59,446 nt of DNA, taken from assembly GCA_022826185.1 (NCBI GenBank), contig JAJDVH010000056.1, positions 1-59,446 on the forward strand. Direction: 5' to 3'. Position 1 is the first letter of the stretch. Each line of letters begins with the position of its first letter. Of this stretch, positions 39,145 to 48,210 are shown one piece after another. Position numbers and translations under genes: made by a program. The notes under the pieces were generated by a model. The model had not been told where the DNA came from. It saw only the letters and a list, made by a program, of their open reading frames with translations, and did no database searches. Source of the stretch: Alphaproteobacteria bacterium. Its GTDB lineage: Bacteria; Pseudomonadota; Alphaproteobacteria; Bin95.

Positions 39145-39672
39145 ATGCCCTCGTTCAGCACAGTCTTAGCGTTCCTTGAGCGGCGAGCCGAAGAAGTCGT
39201 TGCGGGCGTCTGCGTGGTCGTGATGGCGGTGCTCGTCTTCTTCCAGGTGGTGATGCGCTACGTGTTCAACGCGCCGACCTCATGGTCGGACGAGATCGCC
39301 GTCTATGCGATGCTCTGGTCCGTCTATATTTCGGCCTCCTGGGCGGTGCGCGAACGCGCCCACATCCGGGTGATGAACCTCATCAACCTGTTCCCGGGCC
39401 GGATAGCGGCCGGCCTGGCCGTGCTGAGCGACCTGGTGTGGTTCGCGTTCGCCGTATACCTGACCTGGCAGAGCTTCCTGCTGCATCTTTCGATGTGGGA
39501 GCTTCCCTTCGAATCGCCGGTGCTGGGCGTGGCCCAGAAGTGGCCCTATCTGTGCCTGGTCGTCGGCTTCGCCCTGATGACGGTCCGCCTCATCCAGGTC
39601 TATTACCAATGGGCCCGCTACGGCATTTCGCCGACGGCGGTCCCCGAGGACGCGGCGATCATCCATGATTGA
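39145..39672 (+). CDS. TRAP transporter small permease (DctQ family)
   Basis: 175 aa with 4 TM helices, positioned between the DctP and DctM genes. Confidence 0.88.
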   Translation: MPSFSTVLAFLERRAEEVVAGVCVVVMAVLVFFQVVMRYVFNAPTSWSDEIAVYAMLWSVYISASWAVRERAHIRVMNLINLFPGRIAAGLAVLSDLVWFAFAVYLTWQSFLLHLSMWELPFESPVLGVAQKWPYLCLVVGFALMTVRLIQVYYQWARYGISPTAVPEDAAIIHD

Positions 39673-40960
39673 AGCGCTCTACATGTTCGGGGCGCTGGTC
39701 GTCACCATCGCGTTCGGCATTCCGATCCCTATCGCGGTGGCGATCGCGACAATGGTCGGCTACTTCCTGATCGACATTCCGGTCGTGGCGCTGGCCCAGG
39801 CCATGTACACGGGGGTCGAGCCCTTTCCGCTCCTGACCGTGCCGCTGTTCGTGTTCGCCGGCGCGCTCATGGAACGCGGCGGCCTCGCGCTGAGGATCGT
39901 GGCGATCGCCCAGTCGCTGATCGGCAACTATATGGGCAGTCTGGGCCTGGTGGCCGTGCTCGGATGCACCTTCTTCGCCGCGCTCTCCGGCTCGGGGCCC
40001 GCGACGACGGCGGCGATCGGCGCCGTCATGATTCCGGCGATGATCCGCGAGCGTTACGACCCGGCCTTCGGCGGCGCCATCGCCGCCTCCGGCGGCGCGC
40101 TGGGAAGCCTCATTCCGCCGAGCAACCTGATGATCATTTACGGCGTGGTTTCGGACACGTCGATCCCGCGCATGTTCCTCGCCGGCGTCCTGCCGGGGCT
40201 GATCGCCAGCGCCCTGCTGCTGCTGGTCACCTGGCTGATCGCGCGCCGGCGCGGCTACGGCGGGCAGACCGATCACAGTTTTGCATGGGCGCGCGTCGGG
40301 CAGGCCTGCTGGGAGGGCAAATGGGCGATCGGCGCTCCCGTGCTGATCCTCGGCGGCATCTACAGCGGGGCCTTCACGCCTACCGAAGCGGCCTCGGTCG
40401 CGGTGGTCTACGCCTTCCTCGTCGGCCAGTTCGTGCACCGCGAATTGACCCGGGAGGCGATCCTGTCCTGCCTGAAGACCACGGCGATGATCTCGGGCGC
40501 GGTGCTCATCATCGTCGGTCCGGCCAAGGCCTTCGGCGAATTGCTGAGCCTGATGGACGTGCCGTTCCTGATCGGCGAGTTCCTGACCGGCTTCACCGAA
40601 AGCAGTTTCATCCTGCTCCTGGTCATCGCCGCGATCCTGATAATCACCGGCATGTTCCTCGAGTCGATCGCCCAGATCATCCTGCTGACCCCGCTGATGC
40701 TTCCCATCGCGGTCTCGCTCGGCATCGACCCGGTGGTGTTCGGAGTCATCATGGTGATCGCCTGCGAGATCGGCTTCCTCACGCCGCCGGTAGGCGCGAA
40801 CCTGTTCGTTGCGACGCGATTGACGAATATCGGCATCGACAGGATTTCGGTCGCCGTGATCCCGTTCCTGCTCACCTATGTCGTCGTGATCGTCCTGATC
40901 GCGCTGTTCCCGGAATTCGTGCTCTGGCTGCCCGACCTCGCCTTCGGCCCGGGCGGATAG
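39665..40960 (+). CDS. TRAP transporter large permease (DctM family)
   Basis: 431 aa polytopic protein. Its start overlaps the dctQ stop by 8 nt. Confidence 0.92.
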   Translation: MIEALYMFGALVVTIAFGIPIPIAVAIATMVGYFLIDIPVVALAQAMYTGVEPFPLLTVPLFVFAGALMERGGLALRIVAIAQSLIGNYMGSLGLVAVLGCTFFAALSGSGPATTAAIGAVMIPAMIRERYDPAFGGAIAASGGALGSLIPPSNLMIIYGVVSDTSIPRMFLAGVLPGLIASALLLLVTWLIARRRGYGGQTDHSFAWARVGQACWEGKWAIGAPVLILGGIYSGAFTPTEAASVAVVYAFLVGQFVHRELTREAILSCLKTTAMISGAVLIIVGPAKAFGELLSLMDVPFLIGEFLTGFTESSFILLLVIAAILIITGMFLESIAQIILLTPLMLPIAVSLGIDPVVFGVIMVIACEIGFLTPPVGANLFVATRLTNIGIDRISVAVIPFLLTYVVVIVLIALFPEFVLWLPDLAFGPGG

Positions 40961-41010
40961 CCTTGTTACCCTGACCTCTTTCCGGCGTTTGGAGCGGACC
41001 CGCCCGCTCC

Positions 41011-41757
41011 TCAGGGCGCGCCGCCGTCCACGCGGATGACGGAGCCGGTGGTGAAGCCACTTGCCTCGGAGGCGAGGTAGAGGGCGGCGGTGACGATCTC
41101 GTCGGGCTCGCCGCTGCGCTGGAGCGCGGCCTCGGCGTTGCGGCGCGTCTCCTCGTCCCAGGCGCGCGAGATGTCGGTGAGGAAGCGCCCCGGCATGATG
41201 GCGTTGACGCGCACCTTCGGCGCATACTCGCGCGCGAACGCCTCCGTCACCGCATTGAGCGCCGCCTTGGCGCCGGCATAGGGCGCAAGCTCCGGGCGCG
41301 GGCGGATGGCGCCGGTGCTGGAGATGTTGACCACCGCCCCGCCCCGGCCCATCGCCATGGCCGTGCCGAGGATCGCCGTCAGCCGGAACGGCCCCTTGAA
41401 GTTGAGCGCGATCACCTTGTCGAACAGCTCCTCCGGCGTTTCGAGCGACGAGGGAGCCAGCGGCGAGGAACCGGCATTGTTGACCAGCACGTCGATGCCG
41501 CCCGCCTCCGCCCAGGCCCGTTTCGCCAGGTCCTCCAGCGCCTCCCAGTCCGAGACGTTGCACGGCATCGCCCAGGCGCGCCGGCCGAGCGCTTCCACCT
41601 CCGCCGCCACGGCAAGGCAGGACTCCTCGCGGCGCGAGACGATGACCGCATCGGCGCCGCGCCGGGCGAAGCCCAGCACCATCTCGCGCCCGAGCCCGCG
41701 GCTGCCGCCGGTGACGAGCACGGTCTTGCCGGTGAAGTCGAACAGCGGATCGGTCAT
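41011..41757 (-). CDS. SDR family oxidoreductase
   Basis: TGGSRGLG, NNAG and YAGAKAA motifs. The start is the ATG at 41757 (MTDPLFDFTGK). Confidence 0.88.
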   Translation of the reverse strand: MTDPLFDFTGKTVLVTGGSRGLGREMVLGFARRGADAVIVSRREESCLAVAAEVEALGRRAWAMPCNVSDWEALEDLAKRAWAEAGGIDVLVNNAGSSPLAPSSLETPEELFDKVIALNFKGPFRLTAILGTAMAMGRGGAVVNISSTGAIRPRPELAPYAGAKAALNAVTEAFAREYAPKVRVNAIMPGRFLTDISRAWDEETRRNAEAALQRSGEPDEIVTAALYLASEASGFTTGSVIRVDGGAP

Positions 41758-42008
41758 GGGCCCGGCTCCGTTCCTTGTCCTCGGGAAACGACATGGCGGG
41801 AAGGTTAAACCCTTTTCCACATGCCGGCCGAGTTCACCGGGATTTGAACGCGGCCCCCCGCCCCGGCATTTGGCGGATTGCGGGACTGTTCCTATCTTAT
41901 GGCCATGCACGGGATCACGGCGAAACATGCGGTGACAACGGACCGATCCGTATGTGGACCGATTCGAACCGCCCCTGCTGAAACCTCGACAATCCGAAAG
42001 GAAGCAGA

Positions 42009-42302
42009 ATGACGACTTCGACACTCAAGGGCCTTGCGGTCGCCAGCGCCGTCGCCGCGGCGCTGGCCATGCAGACCGCCACCCCGGCCGCGGCCGACGA
42101 GAAGGAAAAGTGCTACGGCGTCTCGCTCGCCGGCAAGAATGACTGCGCCGCGGGCCCCGGCACCACCTGCGCCGGCACCTCCACGGTCGATTACCAGGGC
42201 AATGCCTGGACGCTCGTGCCCAAGGGCACCTGCATGACCATGGAGCTGCCGGGAGACCGCAAGGGCTCCCTCGAAGCGCTCGACCGCGACCTTCCGAGCT
42301 GA
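42009..42302 (+). CDS. bufA1: DUF2282 family secreted Cys-containing peptide: bufferin-type (BufA1-like) RiPP precursor
   Basis: A Sec-type signal peptide (...[10 protein letters not shown]) is followed by [43 protein letters not shown], with four Cys in the DUF2282 spacing. DUF692, DUF2063 and DoxX genes follow directly. Confidence 0.85.
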   Translation: MTTSTLKGLAVASAVAAALAMQTATPAAADEKEKCYGVSLAGKNDCAAGPGTTCAGTSTVDYQGNAWTLVPKGTCMTMELPGDRKGSLEALDRDLPS

Positions 42303-42315
42303 GGACGGCGCCGCC

Positions 42316-42344
42316 CGCGTCCCGGATTTCCCTTCCGGGACGCG
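42316..42344 (+). promoter_or_regulatory. Perfect 11-bp-stem intercistronic hairpin between the precursor and MNIO genes
   Basis: cgcgtcccgga (42316-42326), a tttccct loop, then tccgggacgcg (42334-42344). It starts 14 nt after the bufA1 stop. No U-tract follows, so it looks like a partial attenuator or mRNA-stabilising element. Confidence 0.5.
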
Positions 42345-42378
42345 GCCAGCCGGCCCCCTGCCGGACAAGGACCCCGCA

Positions 42379-43236
42379 ATGGACGGCATGGACAGAGGGT
42401 GGAGCGGCCTGCCGCCGAAGGCCGGCGTCGGCTACAAGCCCCGGCATCTCGAAGACATCCTCGCAGCGCCCGGCCCGGTCGCCTGGGTCGAAATCCACGC
42501 GGAAAACTACATGGTGGACGGCGGCCCCGCGATTGCCGGGCTGCGTCGGATCGCCGAGCGGTTCCCGGTTTCCTGCCACGGCGTGGGCCTGTCCATCGGC
42601 TCCGAAGGACCGCTCGACGCCGAACATCTGGGCCGCCTGGCGCGTCTGGTCTCCTGGCTCGACCCCGCCAGCGTTTCAGAACATCTCGCCTGGTCCGGCC
42701 ATGGCGGCGGCTATCTCGCCGACCTGCTGCCCCTGCCCTGCGACGAGGCGACGCTGGCGCGGGTCTCGGACCATATCGACGAGGTGCAGGAACGGCTCGG
42801 CCGCCGCATCCTGCTCGAGAACCCCTCGAACTATCTCGGCTTCTGCTCCAGCACGATGGCCGAGGTCGAATTTCTCGGCGCGGTTGCCGCGCGCACGGGC
42901 TGCGGCCTGCTGCTCGATGTCAACAATGTGCATGTCTCGGCGGTCAACGGAGCCTACGGGGCCGAGGCCTATCTCGATGCCTTTCCGCTGGCCCTTGTCG
43001 GCGAAATCCACCTCGCCGGCCACGAGATCGAGGCGGACGAGGGCGGCGGCCCGCTGCTGATCGATGCGCACAACAATCCCGTCGCCGACCCCGTCTGGAC
43101 GCTCTACGCCCGCGTGCTTGCGCGCTCGGGGCCGCTGCCGACCCTGATCGAATGGGACAATGACGTGCCCGCATGGCCGGTGCTCGCCGCCGAGGCCGCG
43201 CGCGCGGACGCCGTGCTGGCGAAGTGCCGTGCCTGA
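42379..43236 (+). CDS. bufB1: DUF692 / MNIO (multinuclear non-heme iron-dependent oxidase, MbnB-like) family protein
   Basis: VGYKPRHLEDIL...VEIHAENYM...SCHGVGLSIGS...SEHLAW...LENPSNY...DVNNVHVSA...EIHLAGH...LIDAH is the TIM-barrel pattern typical of DUF692. Confidence 0.88.
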   Translation: MDGMDRGWSGLPPKAGVGYKPRHLEDILAAPGPVAWVEIHAENYMVDGGPAIAGLRRIAERFPVSCHGVGLSIGSEGPLDAEHLGRLARLVSWLDPASVSEHLAWSGHGGGYLADLLPLPCDEATLARVSDHIDEVQERLGRRILLENPSNYLGFCSSTMAEVEFLGAVAARTGCGLLLDVNNVHVSAVNGAYGAEAYLDAFPLALVGEIHLAGHEIEADEGGGPLLIDAHNNPVADPVWTLYARVLARSGPLPTLIEWDNDVPAWPVLAAEAARADAVLAKCRA

Positions 43237-43978
43237 CTACCAGAACGCCTTTGCGGACGCCCTGCTCGATCCGGAGAAACCCGTTCCGCCGGACCTTGTC
43301 CGGCCGGACGGGCAGGCGGCGGGCCGGCGCTTCGACATTTACCGCAACAATGTCGTCGTCGCGCTCATCGAGGCGCTGGGAGAGGCGTTTCCCGTGGTGA
43401 GGGCGCTGGTCGGGGAGGAGTTCTTCGAGGCGATGGCGGGCGTCTATGTGCGCGCCCATCCGCCCTCGTCTCCCCGCATGATGTTCTACGGCGAGGGCTT
43501 CGCGGCGTTTCTGGAAACCTTCGGGCCCGTGGAGGGGCTTGCCTACCTGCCCGATGTGGCGCGGCTCGAATATGCCCGCCGGCTGGCCTACCACGCCGCC
43601 GACGATCCCGCCGCCGATCCTTCGGTGCTGGCCGGGCTCGACGCGGATGCGCTGGCGGCGGCCCGCTTCGAGTTGCAGGCGGCCTGCCATATCCTCCGCT
43701 CGGCGCATCCCGTCCATGCGATCTGGCGCTTCAACGCAACGGACGATAAATCGCCCGTGCAATCCGCCGCCGAGGATGTTCTGGTGTCGCGCCCGGAAGA
43801 TATTGTGCTCGTGCAGTTGCTTCCCCCGGGCGGCGCGGCGTTCCTGCAGGCGCTCGGCGCCGGCGAGCCGCTCGGCCGGGCGGCGGAACGGGCCGCTGCC
43901 GAGGCGCCGGAATTCGACCTCGGCAACAGCCTCGCCGGAATGTTCGCCGCCCGGATCGCCAAGTCCATATCGGTGTGA
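43229..43978 (+). CDS. bufC1: DUF2063 domain-containing protein (partner of DUF692; BufC-like)
   Basis: FDIYRNNVVVALIEALGEAFPVVRALVGEEFFEAMAGVYVRAHPP is the typical DUF2063 N-terminal region. The GTG start at 43229 overlaps the bufB stop. Confidence 0.8.
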   Translation: MPDYQNAFADALLDPEKPVPPDLVRPDGQAAGRRFDIYRNNVVVALIEALGEAFPVVRALVGEEFFEAMAGVYVRAHPPSSPRMMFYGEGFAAFLETFGPVEGLAYLPDVARLEYARRLAYHAADDPAADPSVLAGLDADALAAARFELQAACHILRSAHPVHAIWRFNATDDKSPVQSAAEDVLVSRPEDIVLVQLLPPGGAAFLQALGAGEPLGRAAERAAAEAPEFDLGNSLAGMFAARIAKSISV

Positions 43979-43979
43979 A

Positions 43980-44558
43980 ATGTCGGGAGAACCCGCGATG
44001 AATGCTCTCTACCGCCTCGAAGACGCCATACTGGGACCGGTCGGCCGGCTCCTCGACGGCGCGGCCACGCCGGTCCTGGCCCGCCTGGTATTCCTGGCGA
44101 CGCTCGCCACCTTCTTCTGGTCGTCGGCCATGACCAAGCTCGGGGAAGGCGTCGGCGGCATCTTTTCGCTCTCGGCCGGCGCCTATGTGCAGATCCTGCC
44201 CGCGCAGATGGAGGCCGTCGGCTACGACGAATCGCAACTCGGCCTCTTCGCGGACCTGATCGTTCTCGCAGGCACCTGGGCGGAGTTCGTCATTCCCGCG
44301 CTGATCGTGGTCGGGCTGTTCACGCGCGCCGCCAGCCTCGCCATGATCGGCTTCATCCTGGTGATGAGCTTCGTCGATATCGCGGGCCACGGCGCGGACG
44401 CGGCGACGGTCGGCATGTGGTTCGACAATGTGCCGGACGCGAAGATCCTCGACCAGCGGCTGTTCTGGATCTTCCTGCTGCTCATCCCCGTCGCGCGCGG
44501 CGCCGGCCCCGTCTCCCTCGACGCCCTGCTGAGACGCGGCAGCGCACAGGGCCGCTGA
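43980..44558 (+). CDS. DoxX family membrane protein
   Basis: Four TM helices and DoxX-like sequence. It starts 2 nt after the bufC stop. An alternative ATG lies at 43998. Confidence 0.8.
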   Translation: MSGEPAMNALYRLEDAILGPVGRLLDGAATPVLARLVFLATLATFFWSSAMTKLGEGVGGIFSLSAGAYVQILPAQMEAVGYDESQLGLFADLIVLAGTWAEFVIPALIVVGLFTRAASLAMIGFILVMSFVDIAGHGADAATVGMWFDNVPDAKILDQRLFWIFLLLIPVARGAGPVSLDALLRRGSAQGR

Positions 44559-44641
44559 GGGGCGAAGGTGTTCGACCTTGCGCTTATTAGAGGTTGTTGC
44601 CAAGATAGACTGGTCTAAGCGACTGGTCGGAGGCGGTCATT

Positions 44642-44884
44642 ATGGAAACAGTTGGAGCCTACGAGGCCAAGACTCACCTGCCGAAACTGCTTGATCGGGT
44701 GGTGCAGGGCGAGAGCCTCACCATTACGCGTCACGGCAAGCCGGTAGCCAGATTGGTTCCCGTTGCCGGTGATCGCGAACGGGCCCGAGCGGCCGCCGCA
44801 CGTATCTTCGAGCGTCGCCGCCATTTGAAGCTCGCGCCGATGGCGGAGTTGATGGCGTCGGTCCATGAGGGGCATCGTTTTTGA
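44642..44884 (+). CDS. Type II antitoxin, Phd/YefM family
   Basis: VGAYEAKTHLPKLLDRVVQGESLTITRHGKPVARLVP is the canonical Phd/YefM N-terminal fold sequence. Confidence 0.88.
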   Translation: METVGAYEAKTHLPKLLDRVVQGESLTITRHGKPVARLVPVAGDRERARAAAARIFERRRHLKLAPMAELMASVHEGHRF

Positions 44885-45303
44885 CGCCGATTGTTGTCGA
44901 TTGCTCCGTCTTGATGGCTTGGTGTCTGGCCGACGAGGACGAAAACGCGGCAGCCGAGGCTATTCGGAGGATTACCGAAGCAGGGGCCGTTGTGCCGCAG
45001 GTGTGGTGGTACGAACTGCGCAATGCCTTGCTGATGAGTGAACGTCGGGGACGAATCGCCCCTCAAGAGATGGCCGGTACATTGGCCGACTTTGCGGCTC
45101 TGGGCTTCGAGATGGATGGCGAGCACGACGAAGCCGGAATTCTGGCCCTCGCACGCCGTCACACCTTGACAGTCTATGACGCAGCCTACCTTGAGGTCGC
45201 TTTTCGTCGCAGCCTGCCGCTCGCAACGCTCGACCGACGGTTGGCCGAAGCAGCCGCAGCCGAAGGAGTTGCCCTCATCGGGCCTTTCCATCGGAGCCTG
45301 TAA
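44881..45303 (+). CDS. vapC: Type II toxin, VapC (PIN domain ribonuclease)
   Basis: TTGA overlap with the antitoxin stop. The PIN acidic residues are present (VVDCSV..., YELRNAL, DAAYLEVA). Confidence 0.85.
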   Translation: MTPIVVDCSVLMAWCLADEDENAAAEAIRRITEAGAVVPQVWWYELRNALLMSERRGRIAPQEMAGTLADFAALGFEMDGEHDEAGILALARRHTLTVYDAAYLEVAFRRSLPLATLDRRLAEAAAAEGVALIGPFHRSL

Positions 45304-45368
45304 CCGCTCGAAACAGGCAAGCCGCTCGAGGCGGAGGGGGCAGGACGCCGCCCTCCGGCTTGTATTGA

Positions 45369-45692
45369 CTACTGCGCGACGGAGCGCGAGGTCGGCACCA
45401 CCCGGGTCACCTGGATGAGGTCGCGGTCGATGAGATCGACCACCTTGGGCGCTACGTCGTTCTTCCAGAAATCGCTCTCATAGACCGCGGCATAGAGCGC
45501 CTCGCGCTGCGCCTCGCTCTCGAAACGGCGCGTCCAGAAATAGACGGAGTCGTCTTCCTCTCCCCGGTAGCTTCCGGTAATCACCATCCCCTTGGAGACT
45601 TGGAACGGGATGATGGTCCCCTCCATGAACTCAAGCCAATCCTCCATCTTGCCGGGCCTGACCGTGTACCGGCGAAGCTCGTAGAACGCCAT
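45369..45692 (-). CDS. NIPSNAP family protein
   Basis: MAFYELRRYTVRPGKMEDWLEFMEG is the typical NIPSNAP start. The ATG at 45692 is preferred over the track start. Confidence 0.78.
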   Translation of the reverse strand: MAFYELRRYTVRPGKMEDWLEFMEGTIIPFQVSKGMVITGSYRGEEDDSVYFWTRRFESEAQREALYAAVYESDFWKNDVAPKVVDLIDRDLIQVTRVVPTSRSVAQ

Positions 45693-45804
45693 CGGCGCCG
45701 CTCCCCTGTTGCGTTGCATGCGCCCCGATCATGCGCGATGCGCCGGCCCCTGGATAGCCCCCGCGGGAGGAACCTGACGGGGAGACGAAGGAAACTACCG
45801 TCCC

Positions 45805-46437
45805 CTACCGGTCGCCGTAGTGGCGCCGCCAGATGGGGCCGACGACCGGGTGGCGGCGCACGGCGTCCCTGATGCGGGCGAGGCGGGGCAGTTCGACATC
45901 GCCGCGATACCAGACGAGGAACATGGCGATGTAGACGTCGGCCACCGTCATCTCTCCGCCCAGGAGGAACGGCCCTGCGGCATGGGCGTCAATGAGCGCC
46001 AGCGCCTCGCCCATGCGGCGGATGGCGGCGGTCCGCACCGCATCCTCTCCCTCCGGGTCGTCGGTGAAGCGGAACGGGTAGCCGCGCCTGAGCGCCGCTT
46101 CGTAGAGGTTGACGTTCGCGAACACCGTCCAGCGCAGGAAGGCCGCGTGCGCCGGCGTGCCGGGCGGCGGCGCCAGGCGCTTCTCCGGGAAAGCGAGCGC
46201 GAGGTGGACCAGGATCGCCGAGGTTTCCGTCATCACCGACCCGTCCGGCAGGATCAGGGTCGGCAGCTGGCCCCAGGGGTTGGTGGCGCGGAAGCTCTCC
46301 GGCAGGGGCATTCCGGGCTTCGAGTCCAGCTCGATCAGCTCGAACGGCGCTTCCGCCAGGGCGAGCGCCGCCTCGACGACGAAGCCGCCCGAGCCCGGGC
46401 GGTTGTAGAGCGTGTAGCCCACCGGTTCCTCCTTCAC
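45805..46437 (-). CDS. Glutathione S-transferase family protein
   Basis: 210 aa with a thioredoxin-like N-terminal domain (GQLPTLILPDGSVMTETSAIL) and an alpha-helical C-terminal domain. Confidence 0.82.
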   Translation of the reverse strand: MKEEPVGYTLYNRPGSGGFVVEAALALAEAPFELIELDSKPGMPLPESFRATNPWGQLPTLILPDGSVMTETSAILVHLALAFPEKRLAPPPGTPAHAAFLRWTVFANVNLYEAALRRGYPFRFTDDPEGEDAVRTAAIRRMGEALALIDAHAAGPFLLGGEMTVADVYIAMFLVWYRGDVELPRLARIRDAVRRHPVVGPIWRRHYGDR

Positions 46438-47297
46438 CGCGCCAGCATGGCGACCCAGTTGGCGTAGAAACGCTCGCCCGCGGCGCGCCAGCGGTCTCCG
46501 GGCGGCTCTGCCGGATCGTCGTCCGGGTAATAGGCCTTCGGCACCGGCACGTCGTCGCGGCGGCCGAGGTCGCGCCTGTATTCGTCGTCGAGCGTTGTCG
46601 CCTCATACTCGAAATGGTTGAGCGCGTGGACATGGCCGAGCGCCGGTTCGCAGATGGCGCCGACATTGGCCTCGTCATGGTCGAGCAGCAGGTCGAGGCC
46701 CGCGCCGGCCCCGGCCAGGTCCTCGCGCCGGGTCTCGGTGTGGCGCGAGACCGGCATCGCCACCGGCCCTTCAAGACCCGAGACGGCGGCGCTCGCGGGC
46801 GCGGCGATCCGGTGCTCGAACACGCCGAAGCGCTTCTCCGCGAGCGCGTGCTTGGGCAGGCCGTAATAGCGGTAGAGCGCCGCCTGCGCCGCCCAGCAGA
46901 GCGTGAACAGCGGCGTCTTCCGGGCGCGCAGCCCGTCCAGCAGATGCGCGATCTCCTCCCAGTAATCGACCGCCTCGAAATCCAGCAGCTCGATGGGCGC
47001 GCCGGTCAGGATCACGCCGTCCGTCTCCTCCGCCGCATCCAGCCCGCCATAGAAGGCGCCCATATGCGCGGGATCGGCGTTCTTGCCCCGGTAGCGCGAG
47101 GGAACCGCGAGCGAGAGCGCAATGTCCGGTCCGGCGAGGCCGAGCTTGCGGGCGATCTGGCGCTCGGTCTTCTGTTTTTCGGGCATGAGGTTGACCAGCA
47201 GCACGCGCCGCGCCGGCCGGTCGTCGGAGAAGAGCGGCACGCCCTCCTCCGCAAGCTCGGCCGCCGCCGGCAGTCCCTCTGCAAGCCGAATGGCCAT
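46434..47297 (-). CDS. metA: Homoserine O-acyltransferase MetA family (homoserine O-succinyl/acetyltransferase-like)
   Basis: VLLVNLMPEKQKTERQ, GVILTGAPIELLDFEAVDYWEE, CWAAQAAL and the FGVFEH motif order are typical of MetA. Confidence 0.8.
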   Translation of the reverse strand: MAIRLAEGLPAAAELAEEGVPLFSDDRPARRVLLVNLMPEKQKTERQIARKLGLAGPDIALSLAVPSRYRGKNADPAHMGAFYGGLDAAEETDGVILTGAPIELLDFEAVDYWEEIAHLLDGLRARKTPLFTLCWAAQAALYRYYGLPKHALAEKRFGVFEHRIAAPASAAVSGLEGPVAMPVSRHTETRREDLAGAGAGLDLLLDHDEANVGAICEPALGHVHALNHFEYEATTLDDEYRRDLGRRDDVPVPKAYYPDDDPAEPPGDRWRAAGERFYANWVAMLAR

Positions 47298-48202
47298 CAG
47301 CCGCCCTTCCTTTCCGCCCGCCGCCGTTCGCAGAGCCCGATATAGGCCTCCAGCCGGTCGCCGCCATGCTCCCAGAGCGTGGCGAGGAAACCGTCGGCAT
47401 CGGGAACCCCGCCCTTCGCGAACACGTCCGCGGTCTCCAGCGCCAGCCCCCGCTCCGCCAGGCGCTCATAGCGCGGCCGGCGGAAGGCCAGCAGCTCCGG
47501 GAAGAGCGGGCGCGCGAAGCCCACCGGGTCGATGCCCGCGCCGTCCTCCGGCATGTCTTCGAGGCGCGGCGTCAGGAAATCGGGATTGTAGAACAGCGGC
47601 TTGGGGTGGGTGCGGGCGCGCTCCTTCAGGGTCTCCTCGAAGGCGGCGTCGGCGCGGATATAGACGATCAGGCTGTGGGCTGTCAGGCGCTCCAGCACCG
47701 GGTCTTCCGGGTCGTCGGGATCGGCCACCTCGCAGAGCGAGCCGGAGGCGTCGTTGACGAAGCTCTCGCAGCCGTAGAGCCGCCAGCCCTTGGCGATGAA
47801 GTCCGGCACGTCGAGCATCGACTGTATCTCGGCGTCCCGGTAAAGCCTCTGGCGGTGGAGGAAGGTCTCCATGTCCAGCCCGCCCGCGGCCGGGTCGCCA
47901 TACATGCCGAGAAAGGTCGAGACCGGCTCCAGATTGTCCACGGAGATATTATGCTCGATATAGATCGAGTCGGAGCGCAGCAGGTCGGCGACGAAGCGGT
48001 CCGCCATCGACATGATCTTGAACTTGATATTGTCGAGGATGTGCTCGGCCAGGTAGCGCGTGCCGATGCGGTAATCGGCGGAATAGTGGAACCAGTCGGC
48101 CGATCGCCGCAGCGAGGTCGAGAGCATCGTCTTGCCGACGCCGGACATGCCGAGCAGCGTGATGGCGTGGGGAAGCGCCCGGAAAGCCTCGAAGCTGCCC
48201 AT
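47297..48202 (-). CDS. P-loop NTPase of unknown function
   Basis: Walker A motif LLGMSGVGKT near the N-terminus. I do not recognise the remainder. The start is the ATG at 48202 (MGSFEAF), and the stop overlaps the metA start by 1 nt. Confidence 0.7.
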   Translation of the reverse strand: MGSFEAFRALPHAITLLGMSGVGKTMLSTSLRRSADWFHYSADYRIGTRYLAEHILDNIKFKIMSMADRFVADLLRSDSIYIEHNISVDNLEPVSTFLGMYGDPAAGGLDMETFLHRQRLYRDAEIQSMLDVPDFIAKGWRLYGCESFVNDASGSLCEVADPDDPEDPVLERLTAHSLIVYIRADAAFEETLKERARTHPKPLFYNPDFLTPRLEDMPEDGAGIDPVGFARPLFPELLAFRRPRYERLAERGLALETADVFAKGGVPDADGFLATLWEHGGDRLEAYIGLCERRRAERKGG

Positions 48203-48210
48203 GGCCGTTC

